Positions 13,535 through 22,829 of a stretch of 64,000 nucleotides of DNA are shown here, one piece after another. The position numbers and the translations under genes were made by a program. Positions within the stretch are counted from its first letter, which is position 1; the number at the start of each line of letters is the position of its first letter. Below the pieces are notes generated by a model. That model saw only the letters and a program-made list of their open reading frames with translations. It ran no database searches and was not told where the DNA came from. The DNA lies in assembly GCA_000320545.1 (NCBI GenBank), contig ADNK01001400.1:1-64000 (forward strand), given 5' to 3'. Source of the DNA: Bigelowiella natans CCMP2755. Lineage: Eukaryota > Protista > Cercozoa.

Positions 13535-14318
13535 TGCTCACAGGAAGCCAACCGGTGGACAATGTCAACGCCTTTTGAATTCGAAGATCTTTTATATCCT
13601 TCAATGTTATCATGCACAAAAGAACCTCGAGTCAAATCTAAACCTCAATCCGTTCGTGTTTACTAAGCCAATATTGATTTGCGATTCATTCCCCAACTTT
13701 GATGTCCTCCCCCTCCACCTATTTTCTGCAATCTAAACTTACGGCTTACGTTCGAAATGGTTCAAATTGCAATAAGGTAGTCAAAGAAGGTTCGAAAAAG
13801 TTCATACCTGCCGCCAGGTGAAAGCTCGTCTGTGTCCCGTTTTCTTAGGTAGGGGCGTTTCTGCCAGCAGGATACTTGGCCTCTTTCTTTGATAATCCGA
13901 CTTAAATCCAAGTCTCTAAATTAAAATACATTCCAAACCGAACATTTAGCGAAATTTTGAAACGTCAGTGACATGTGCATTTTGCGAGTCTCGAATTCAC
14001 AAATTCATTGTCGCAGGTAGTCAACAAAGTACTTTCCGTTTCTCTATCGAGAATTCTGATTGGCCTCTCGAGAGCCTCTCGGTGTGAGTGGAGGGCCCCG
14101 AAAAAATAAATAATGTTTCTCCGAAAAAATAAGTTCAACATCGGCGAAATTGCTCGGGTTATATATTTGGTGTGCGCATCAGAATCGGCCTCTAGTGTAG
14201 ACAAGGTAGGGGGGGGGGCGCTCGCCTCACTCACCCATAGATTTAGAATTTCCTTGTTTCTGAGAATAATTTATATTATCGAAGGTGAAGGATTCTTACA
14301 TGAATTGTTGTACATCAG

Positions 14319-14723
14319 ATGGTGAAGCCACTCGTGAAGCACAACATTGTGAAGAAGCGCAAAAAAAAGTTCATTCGCCATCAGAGTGATCAATTTATGC
14401 GCATTGCACGCAGTTCATGGCGCCGACCAAAGGGTATTGACTCGAGGGTCCGCAGACGATTTAAGGGTCAAATCAAAATGGCAAATATTGGATACGGAAC
14501 GAACAAAAAGTATAGGCATGTCTTACCGAATGGCTTCCTCAAGTTCCGAGTGAGCAACGTGAAAGAGCTGGAAGTTCTTTTGATGCACAACCGTAAATAT
14601 GCTGCAGAAATCGCTCACAATGTGTCTCTTAAGAAGCGCAAAGAAATTGTTCTTCGTGCGGCACAACTTAACATTAAGGTTACGAACGCTAAGGCAAAAC
14701 TTACAACTCAAGAGAATGAGTAG
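14319..14723 (+). CDS. RPL32: 60S ribosomal protein L32 (eL32)
   Basis: Uninterrupted 134-aa [38 protein letters not shown]...AEIAHNVS. Confidence 0.98.
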   Translation: MVKPLVKHNIVKKRKKKFIRHQSDQFMRIARSSWRRPKGIDSRVRRRFKGQIKMANIGYGTNKKYRHVLPNGFLKFRVSNVKELEVLLMHNRKYAAEIAHNVSLKKRKEIVLRAAQLNIKVTNAKAKLTTQENE

Positions 14724-14874
14724 GTTAGTTCTACTTCAGTTGACTGCAGAGAGCTGCGTTAGCCTGTTCAGCATTACACGTTGTGTCTAGTAAAATGTGT
14801 TCATTCTTTAATTCACATACGCAGAATTGTGATTCTTAGCGCGCACGCGACAACATAAAAACTCTTCTCTCCCC

Positions 14875-14927
<53 letters not shown>

Positions 14928-15577
14928 TTACAACCTCTAAAGTGAAGTACGGTGATGGGGATAAAATATCTATACATGCACACGCGGGAAGGGGGGCGGG
15001 AATGGAGAATAATATTGATTAGAGAGAGAGAGACGAAAATTATATCATCTAGGGTTCGTAATAAACATTTGCATGACTTGTCCCAGATAAAAAAGAACAT
15101 CTCAAAATTACATCACCATATATTACACAGAATAATTCATTGCAAAAATTTAGACCAATCACTACAACAACAATGATGACCAACACATAGCTTCCAAACT
15201 ATCACAAAACAACATTACGGCTCATAGTGGTGCATGGGATGTGTGGGATGGGTCCTACTACGAGAACGAATACGCATGAACCCACACTCACATACACACA
15301 CCATATCTCTGGCATCTAGGCATGCTGCGTCAATGCTGAACGAACGCGTACACTTTCACACTGTCCGTTATGCTGCTTACACAACCCTTCTCGAGCGAGC
15401 AGAGGATGCATGCGACACACGCAGCTAGACAGATGTCAAGACGCATTATTGACACAGACATGCGGGTCAATCATGCTGTGTGAGCAAGACTAGTTAGCTA
15501 GCGTGTCTGTAGCACTGGCGGCAAGCTAGCTAGCATGTAGCATGCCACATGCAGTGCGTAGTGACAACGAATTTGAG

Positions 15578-15602
15578 CTATAGGGACTTAAAGTCCCTAT
15601 AG
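15578..15602. repeat. Perfect 12-bp inverted repeat
   Basis: CTATAGGGACTT-A-AAGTCCCTATAG. Confidence 0.8.
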
Positions 15603-15955
15603 TCCCCATAGAGCATGCTATGTCATTCAATTTGCACTGTCTAGCTGTGTCCGCAATTCTTCGAGGCATCGCAGTGGACAGTAGCCAGCTGAAACCATGG
15701 AACATTCAAGCAGGTCGTCAATGAAGAGCTGTTTGGTCTGCATTGTGAATGCATCAATGAGTCAGCAGAAGAGAAGCAATCAGGAAGCAAAATGCGTCGA
15801 CCCAGCTAGCAGCCAGGTGCAGCTACGATGCGCTTGATTGTTGTTTGACGTGAGCTGTTCCTGAAGCTCATGTCAGACTGAGTGAACCAGTCTAGCAGTG
15901 GAGTCTTCAGTCTTCAGTTGTCGCACCTTTCAAGTGGACTTCACGCGAACTAACG

Positions 15956-16575
15956 TGTGGTCAGTTTGCGACCACCAAATGCATGTATGTAATGTAAGCG
16001 CGCATGTACATGCATAGCATAAATGGTAGTGCATGCTGTGCTTTATTATATCTTACATTTGCATGTGAGCATGTTTATATAGGTTCAGGCTATCGTTCCT
16101 GTGCCTTAGTTAGTCATATAGGGGCATGTAACGTGAGTTACATGCCCGGAAACACAGTTATAGGAGGGGGCACGTGCAACTGGGAACATCCTTCTCGGTT
16201 GTTTCCCCAACCGTGGATGTTCCTAGGAGCACCCTCGGTATTTTACTTACGACATGGAGTCGGCCTACGTATTGTAATATTATAGGGGAAAATGGCCTAC
16301 ATTTTCCCTAATATTTTGGGCAACTGCTGCTGCGTAGCATGTTGCTGCTGGGGACGCTGTGTGCCCAGCACATGATGTGTATTGGCGCGCAACGCGCTAG
16401 TTTAGCACACTCTAAAAGACCCGCAAGCAAGCGGTAAGCTTTCTCCTTTGGTAGTTTGCTCATGCATGCTCATGTCATGTTATCTATTCAACAGGGTTTT
16501 AGTTTTGTGGATTTAAAGCATTGTAAAAGCATACATTGCACAGTTGTGTTGTTAGCGCTGCGCAATACAACTACA
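15956..16575 (+). repeat. 5' LTR (620 bp)
   Basis: TGTGGTCAG...CAACTACA. Matches 22214-22824 apart from 9 extra bases near its start. Confidence 0.95.
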
Positions 16576-16576
16576 C

Positions 16577-16587
16577 TGGTAGCGGAC
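16577..16587 (+). promoter_or_regulatory. Primer-binding site, probably initiator tRNA-Met type
   Basis: TGGTAGCGGAC begins 1 nt after the 5' LTR. It is complementary to a tRNA 3' end ...UCCGCUACCA (A1:U72, A73 pattern of eukaryotic tRNAi-Met). The tRNA identity is inferred. Confidence 0.7.
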
Positions 16588-16602
16588 GAACTACGTTGAA
16601 CT

Positions 16603-19600
16603 ATGGATCAAGGGAACTTATTTGGGTCTCAGGAGGAGACAAGTGACCATGTTGGGGAAGCTGAGGGCAAAGGGACCGAGATAGGAAATTCGGAAGTTTC
16701 GACGGGAGGCTATGGGCTTCGGGATGGCATCCCGGTGGCTCAGCCCGTGGCTTCTGAGCGAAAGTATAAGCTTGGAACGGGCGCCCGGTCTTCCCTGACT
16801 ATGGAGGAAGTTCTGGAGCAGTTTGGGGACTTAGGTGTTTACGATGCCCGAAGAGTTGCAAAATTTGTTTTGCACTGCGACGGGATCGATAAGGGCGTTG
16901 ATAACTTGGTTAAAATGGTAGCTAATGACCCAGAGTCCAGAGAGTTTGTATTTTATCGTTGTGTGGATAAAGGGGTAACTGTACGTACTTGGGCCTACAT
17001 GCTCAAGAAGTGTAGGGACCCGGATTATGCTCCGCCAGGCATGGCGGAGCCGATGGAGCGGAAGGCTAGGCTGCAGCCTTCGGTCAGGGATATTACGGGT
17101 GCTATCGATTCGTTTCGACGGCACTGCCCTATTAAAGGCAAGCTGTGTGTGGCTACTATGAGCCCGGCACAGTTCCGTAGGAAAGCTCGTGGGCTTTATA
17201 ATGAAATTAAAGCACACGCTGCTCTGGTCGGTCAAGCCGACTTGGGGTTTGGTTATAAATATTTCCAGACGTGCTTATCCTCTCATACGCTTGAGAGGCT
17301 ACGTCGGGAAGCAGTAAGGAACCGGTATGCCTCCGAGAGCCCGGAGGACCAGTTTGAAATGGCCCTGGAGCATCTCTGCGATGAGGAGGATAAGGATAAG
17401 CTTCAGCGGGACTTCGAGGATAAGCTCGACTTTCTCCGGCGGAAGCGGTATCATTACGTGGACGTGATACACCGGCAGTTTAGCGAGCTTCTTCTAGAGT
17501 TTGCTGGGCTACGTTTTAGTCATACTAACAAGCTGCGATACTTCCGGCGCTTGTTGGTAGGGCATCGGTTATATGATAGGTTCATCGCGCCACTCAACGG
17601 GTTTCGCCCGTATGATGTGGATGAGCTTGTTAAGTTCTTGAGGCCACTGGAGGAGAGCTATTATAAATTTACGGCTCACCCTCTCCATGCTAATGCCTCT
17701 ACGGTTACAGGACCCGCTGTGCAACGCGAATGCGTGCATTTTAAGCGCGGGAAGTGTAAATATGGCGATAAGTGCAAATTTTTGCATATCAAGCAAAATG
17801 TACAAAGTAAGAAGGTTTCTAAGAAGTATACGCCTGAGCAACTTTCTAGGATGAAAACCCAGGACTGTAGGCTTTTCCAGAAAGGTAAATGCCATTATGG
17901 AGATAAGTGTAAGTTTCTCCATAATGCTGGGAGTTTAAAACCTGTTGGAGGGGCACCTGTCGGTTTAGCCTCTCATACCTGTGAGGAATCAGCCGATGCT
18001 CCCAAGCAGAATATGGAAGCATCGCTCCTACAGGTTAATTCCCAGTCACTTCCTAACTTAATAAAGGAAAGTGAGCGTCGTCACTACGAACGAGACCCAA
18101 GTTTGAGGTCTCGGAAGAAAGTTAAATGCTTCCTGCAGGCGGATGACGGCGCCGTTGCAGTACTTGGATTAATCGACGATGGCGCTCAACCTACTACCAT
18201 TTCAGAGGCTCTATACCAAAAGTTAAAGTCCTCTGGTGTTAGGTTTGGATATAGGCCGATGGTAGGTGAGGTGGGTGGCCTTAATTCATCGATTAAAAAT
18301 AAAATTCTGCGGGAGGTCGATTTTACCGTCCAGATTAAAAAATACAAGAAGCATGGAGCATATGTTAAACTCCGTATTTGTGCTCTGGTATTATCTGGAC
18401 CGGTCTCGCAGGACTTCGTATTGGGAATAGGTACCCTTAACATGAATGGCATTAATTCTGTTAAGGATCCTGACCCTGTAAAGCGAGTTGTCACCATTAA
18501 TGGTGAAATCGTAAATTCATACCCCTGCAGCGTCGACGTGCTTTCGGCGACTGTCGTTACAGTTATGGGGATGGATATGCCTCCGATGGCGGCAGCTCCC
18601 GGCGAGATTTGTAGTATGGATACAAATGCCGTGGGAGAATTGCCGGGGGAGGAGGAGGTGTCGTCTGTAGTTCGAAAAGAACTACGTAATACAGTGGATC
18701 ATGATTTCGTAAATAATCATGATGATATAATTAAAGCACAGGATTTGCCTGATATCGATGTTAAATCGATGGCAAATCCCATCGAATCTGATGGAGTGCT
18801 TCTCCAGCGGTTATCCAGTATTGTACCGTTGTCGGAGTTTGGCGACCAGCGTGAGGTTGCTAACTCAGACTTGGTAAGCGGGCACGTGCTGGACATGCTT
18901 GATCGCCTGGAGCGCGAGATGGTTACGAAGGAGAGCTTGCTGCCTGGTTTACAGCAATTCTATTATCTTCGTACTATCATATGCCGCTTCCGGAAGTATT
19001 TTGTGATAAAACTACCGGAGGTGGGCAAGTATAAATTACGGGAACCGCATGATATTAAGCGATGGCTGAAGCCGGGCTGCAAGCCGGTTCGCCAGCGGCC
19101 TTATCATTTGGAGCCGAATAAACTTAAGCTTATGAAGCTCAAGCTCGACCAAATGGTAAGTGATGGGTTATGTTATAAGGTAACAAATAATACTTCAGAG
19201 TGGGCGTCGCCAGCTTTCTGTGTATATGACAAAGGAAAAGCATTACCACGCGTCGTGGTGGCGATGGGCCGCCTGAATAAGCTCGTGGAGCTTATGTATG
19301 CTGTTTGCCCTGTAACTCGGGATACAGTAAGAAAATTAATGAATGCTCAATGGGTTATAGTCTCTGATAGTAAAGCTGCATGGAGACAGCTTGGTATGAC
19401 CGAGTTTACAAAATTGGTATTTGTATTCGTTACTCTTTTCGCGTCATTCGCGAGCGAGGGCCTACCGATGGGGTACAAGAATGCTCCTCAAGTATGGGTC
19501 GAGGAAATGGCTACAAGGTTCCTTGTTGGGATACCAGATACTGTTATGCACTTCGACGACTTCTTTACTATAGGCCAGTCGCCGATGCAAGCGCTTGTAG

Positions 19601-22041
19601 GTTTCGCTAAATTTATGCAACAGTGTGAAAAATATAACAATTATCAAAGTGCTACTAAATTGCATATTTTTCCAAAGCGACTTGCGGCAGTAGGTTTGAT
19701 CAAGGAGGCGAAGACGCACTACCCAGATCCTAAGCGTACGATTGCTATAGACAAGCTAGAGCGTCCAATAAAGGGGAGGCGGTTCTTAAAGCATGTGCGC
19801 CGTCTTATTGGTTTATTCATTTATTATTTGGAATACATGAAAGGCTTCTGGCAGATCGCTGCGCCAATCAAGGATTTGCTTATGCAGGGAGCTGCTCAAG
19901 TATGGACGGATAAGCATGATAAAGCTTTGGATACATTAAAAGGCATGCTAAAGAAGGCGGTATTGTATGTGCCTGATTATGAAGCTATATCTATAAGCCA
20001 ACCCTTCATCCTTGACACTGACGCGTCTGATGTTGCGGGAGGTGCTACGCTTTCCCAGGTAATTGGAGGGAGCGAGCGTTTACTGGCTTGCTACTCGTTC
20101 GCTTGGAAAACGAACGAGAGAAGCTGGCATATTGTACGTAAAGAGCTTACGGCTGGGGCGAAGGGGCTTTACAGGTTCCAGCATATTACGAAAGGCTGCC
20201 CGATTTTGATTCGCATGGATGCGAAAACGGCTCGTTATTTCGCTCTCCATGGAATGGATAAAATGCAGCTGCCTTATACAAGATTAAGTGCAGCATACTC
20301 TGGATATCCGCTGGTGGATATCCAATATAGAAAGGGGGAAAAGCACACTAATGTGGACCCTTTCTCGCGGCCAGACGCCGACGAAACGCGCGACGAAAGA
20401 AAGTCGCATCGTCAGTCGTTGGCCTCTCTTTTCCCGATGCATGCGGAGGCGGCGAAGCAGGAGGAAAAGCTGGTGGAGTCTGTAGCTTCTCTCTCCTCTT
20501 GCTTAGCTAATGAGACGATGATTGACTATAATGTCCCTCATCTCTCTGTTTATTCTGTAGAGTTACAGCCTTGGGCGTGCTGTGCTACAGAGGTCCAGAT
20601 ATCGACGACGCTGTCTAATATTAATTTGGAGCAGCAGCGTCCCGATTTTAAGAAAATTATCGATGCTCTCGAGGACGAGAAGAATGCTAATCATCTTCTC
20701 GTTTCCTCTAAATATAAAATAGCTTCTGGTAAGCTATATCACATGGGCTCCTTCCAAATTGGAGGAGATATACCGCTGCAACTCTGTGTACCTTCTGATA
20801 AACGCCAGGAGGTGTTGCAGGCGTATCATGTGGATAATATGGCGAATCATCGTAATGCAGATGATCTCGCAAAGAAGATTCTACGCGGCTATTACTGGGT
20901 TGGAGTCCAGAAAGCCTGCCGTAGATTTGTAAGGCAGTGTCAGGTCTGCATACGTACTAAAACGCGTATGAAGCAGGCGCCTTACTTACAGCATGGCGAC
21001 CGGGAAATTAATGGCACGATTGCAGTGGATACAATCGGCCCTGTCGACGGCGCTAAGCATTACATACAGACGCTCTGCGTTATGGCTATTGGTTATATAT
21101 ATACAAGGGCGGTGAAGCGTATTAGCTCAGCGCGTACGGCGGATTTTATCATGTCGTATATACTAAAACACGGATGCCCAAAGCAAATTATTATTGACCA
21201 AGGGCCAGAGAACGTGGGTAAAATTATGCAGCATTTACAAAATCGGCTGCGGCTTAAATTTATCAAGATATCTGCTAAAAATAGCCAGGGAAACTCAGTA
21301 TTAGAGCGGAAGCATCGACCTATTAATAATGGGATTATGGCGATGCTCCTGCAAAATGTTGAGGATCGGCACAACTGGCATAAATATTTGGAGATGATAA
21401 CATTTAGTGTGAATACCACAATCGATAAGTGTGGTTATTCACCGGCTCACCTCATGTTCGGATATCAGCCAAAGTTCGTGGCTGATATGGAGAGCAAGTC
21501 GGTGGCGGCTCCAGGGACCGGGGACCTCGATAAGAGGATCCAAGATCTGGAAAAGATGCGGCTGTTGTATGCTACTATGAAAGAGGATTATAAATTAGTG
21601 AAAAATTTCACGAGGAACGAGAAGCTTAATACTCAAGACGAATATAAAGTAGGGGATATGGTGTGGCTTTTCCGCAAGGAAAATCGTAAAGAAAATGCTG
21701 TTACGAAAAAATATGAAATTAAAAAGACTGGCCCTGTGACTATCGTGGCCAGGAGTAGCAGATCCCATACCTATCAAATTATTGACCCGAAAACGGGGTA
21801 TAATAATAATGTACACGCGAAATATCTTTCGCCTTATGGTACATTTACCCCGTTACCAGAAGTGCGCCCGGTAGCTCCAGATGTAGAGGAGAAATTTGCT
21901 GCCGACGAGAATGAGGCTTCGGATGGTTCCTCAGACTCGTCGGATTCCCAGGGGCCTTCTGGTAACCGAATTTCGCGGGATAACATCGTCCGGGGTAAAC
22001 GTAATAGGAGACCGGCGGATATTGGTCCGTATATTTCGTAG
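16603..22041 (+). CDS. Gag-Pol polyprotein (CCCH-finger Gag, aspartic protease, RT, RNase H, integrase)
   Basis: 1812-aa ORF. Two CCCH fingers; protease LIDDGAQ; RT SDSKAAWRQL...LPMG...HFDD; RNase H LDTDAS...EL...MD...NVDPFSR; integrase HHCC (YHVDNMANH...CQVC), DDE (AVDTIGP / IIDQGPEN / LERKH) and GPY/F-like KTGPVTI. Domain order is that of Ty3/Gypsy. Confidence 0.97.
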   Translation: MDQGNLFGSQEETSDHVGEAEGKGTEIGNSEVSTGGYGLRDGIPVAQPVASERKYKLGTGARSSLTMEEVLEQFGDLGVYDARRVAKFVLHCDGIDKGVDNLVKMVANDPESREFVFYRCVDKGVTVRTWAYMLKKCRDPDYAPPGMAEPMERKARLQPSVRDITGAIDSFRRHCPIKGKLCVATMSPAQFRRKARGLYNEIKAHAALVGQADLGFGYKYFQTCLSSHTLERLRREAVRNRYASESPEDQFEMALEHLCDEEDKDKLQRDFEDKLDFLRRKRYHYVDVIHRQFSELLLEFAGLRFSHTNKLRYFRRLLVGHRLYDRFIAPLNGFRPYDVDELVKFLRPLEESYYKFTAHPLHANASTVTGPAVQRECVHFKRGKCKYGDKCKFLHIKQNVQSKKVSKKYTPEQLSRMKTQDCRLFQKGKCHYGDKCKFLHNAGSLKPVGGAPVGLASHTCEESADAPKQNMEASLLQVNSQSLPNLIKESERRHYERDPSLRSRKKVKCFLQADDGAVAVLGLIDDGAQPTTISEALYQKLKSSGVRFGYRPMVGEVGGLNSSIKNKILREVDFTVQIKKYKKHGAYVKLRICALVLSGPVSQDFVLGIGTLNMNGINSVKDPDPVKRVVTINGEIVNSYPCSVDVLSATVVTVMGMDMPPMAAAPGEICSMDTNAVGELPGEEEVSSVVRKELRNTVDHDFVNNHDDIIKAQDLPDIDVKSMANPIESDGVLLQRLSSIVPLSEFGDQREVANSDLVSGHVLDMLDRLEREMVTKESLLPGLQQFYYLRTIICRFRKYFVIKLPEVGKYKLREPHDIKRWLKPGCKPVRQRPYHLEPNKLKLMKLKLDQMVSDGLCYKVTNNTSEWASPAFCVYDKGKALPRVVVAMGRLNKLVELMYAVCPVTRDTVRKLMNAQWVIVSDSKAAWRQLGMTEFTKLVFVFVTLFASFASEGLPMGYKNAPQVWVEEMATRFLVGIPDTVMHFDDFFTIGQSPMQALVGFAKFMQQCEKYNNYQSATKLHIFPKRLAAVGLIKEAKTHYPDPKRTIAIDKLERPIKGRRFLKHVRRLIGLFIYYLEYMKGFWQIAAPIKDLLMQGAAQVWTDKHDKALDTLKGMLKKAVLYVPDYEAISISQPFILDTDASDVAGGATLSQVIGGSERLLACYSFAWKTNERSWHIVRKELTAGAKGLYRFQHITKGCPILIRMDAKTARYFALHGMDKMQLPYTRLSAAYSGYPLVDIQYRKGEKHTNVDPFSRPDADETRDERKSHRQSLASLFPMHAEAAKQEEKLVESVASLSSCLANETMIDYNVPHLSVYSVELQPWACCATEVQISTTLSNINLEQQRPDFKKIIDALEDEKNANHLLVSSKYKIASGKLYHMGSFQIGGDIPLQLCVPSDKRQEVLQAYHVDNMANHRNADDLAKKILRGYYWVGVQKACRRFVRQCQVCIRTKTRMKQAPYLQHGDREINGTIAVDTIGPVDGAKHYIQTLCVMAIGYIYTRAVKRISSARTADFIMSYILKHGCPKQIIIDQGPENVGKIMQHLQNRLRLKFIKISAKNSQGNSVLERKHRPINNGIMAMLLQNVEDRHNWHKYLEMITFSVNTTIDKCGYSPAHLMFGYQPKFVADMESKSVAAPGTGDLDKRIQDLEKMRLLYATMKEDYKLVKNFTRNEKLNTQDEYKVGDMVWLFRKENRKENAVTKKYEIKKTGPVTIVARSSRSHTYQIIDPKTGYNNNVHAKYLSPYGTFTPLPEVRPVAPDVEEKFAADENEASDGSSDSSDSQGPSGNRISRDNIVRGKRNRRPADIGPYIS

Positions 22042-22198
22042 ATTTTGTATTTTCGCAAATATATGCTACTGTATAAATAAATTGGTGGCGGTGCAGTTGG
22101 TGCAAAATTTTTCTTTTCTTCCCTTTTCTTCTAATTTTCTTCTAGCACGCGTGATCCTACTCATATGTTGTTATTATTGAGTTAGGGGTGCAAAAATT

Positions 22199-22213
22199 GG
22201 GGGGGGGGGGTAG
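22199..22213 (+). promoter_or_regulatory. Polypurine tract
   Basis: G12 followed by TAG, immediately before the 3' LTR. Confidence 0.8.
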
Positions 22214-22824
22214 TGTGGTCAGTTTGCGACCACCAAATGCATGTAAGCGCGCATGTACATGCATAGCATAAATGGTAGTGCATGCTGTGCTTTATTATAT
22301 CTTACATTTGCATGTGAGCATGTTTATATAGGTTCAGGCTATCGTTCCTGTGCCTTAGTTAGTCATATAGGGGCATGTAACGTGAGTTACATGCCCGGAA
22401 ACACAGTTATAGGAGGGGGCACGTGCAACTGGGAACATCCTTCTCGGTTGTTTCCCCAACCGTGGATGTTCCTAGGAGCACCCTCGGTATTTTACTTACG
22501 ACATGGAGTCGGCCTACGTATTGTAATATTATAGGGGAAAATGGCCTACATTTTCCCTAATATTTTGGGCAACTGCTGCTGCGTAGCATGTTGCTGCTGG
22601 GGACGCTGTGTGCCCAGCACATGATGTGTATTGGCGCGCAACGCGCTAGTTTAGCACACTCTAAAAGACCCGCAAGCAAGCGGTAAGCTTTCTCCTTTGG
22701 TAGTTTGCTCATGCATGCTCATGTCATGTTATCTATTCAACAGGGTTTTAGTTTTGTGGATTTAAAGCATTGTAAAAGCATACATTGCACAGTTGTGTTG
22801 TTAGCGCTGCGCAATACAACTACA
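22214..22824 (+). repeat. 3' LTR (611 bp)
   Basis: Direct repeat of the 5' LTR. The 93-aa ORFs at 16004 and 22253 are identical. Confidence 0.95.
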
Positions 22825-22829
22825 TAACG

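Larger units (their letters stand above)
15956..22824 (+). mobile_element. Full-length Ty3/Gypsy (Metaviridae-type) LTR retrotransposon
   Basis: Two TG...CA LTRs, a 5-bp target-site duplication TAACG (15951-15955 and 22825-22829), PBS, PPT, and an intact Gag-PR-RT-RH-IN ORF. Confidence 0.97.

Noticed and set aside
16004-16285. Duplicated 93-aa ORF (also 22253-22534)
   Set aside because: It lies wholly within the LTRs, so the duplication is just LTR identity. No recognisable domain.
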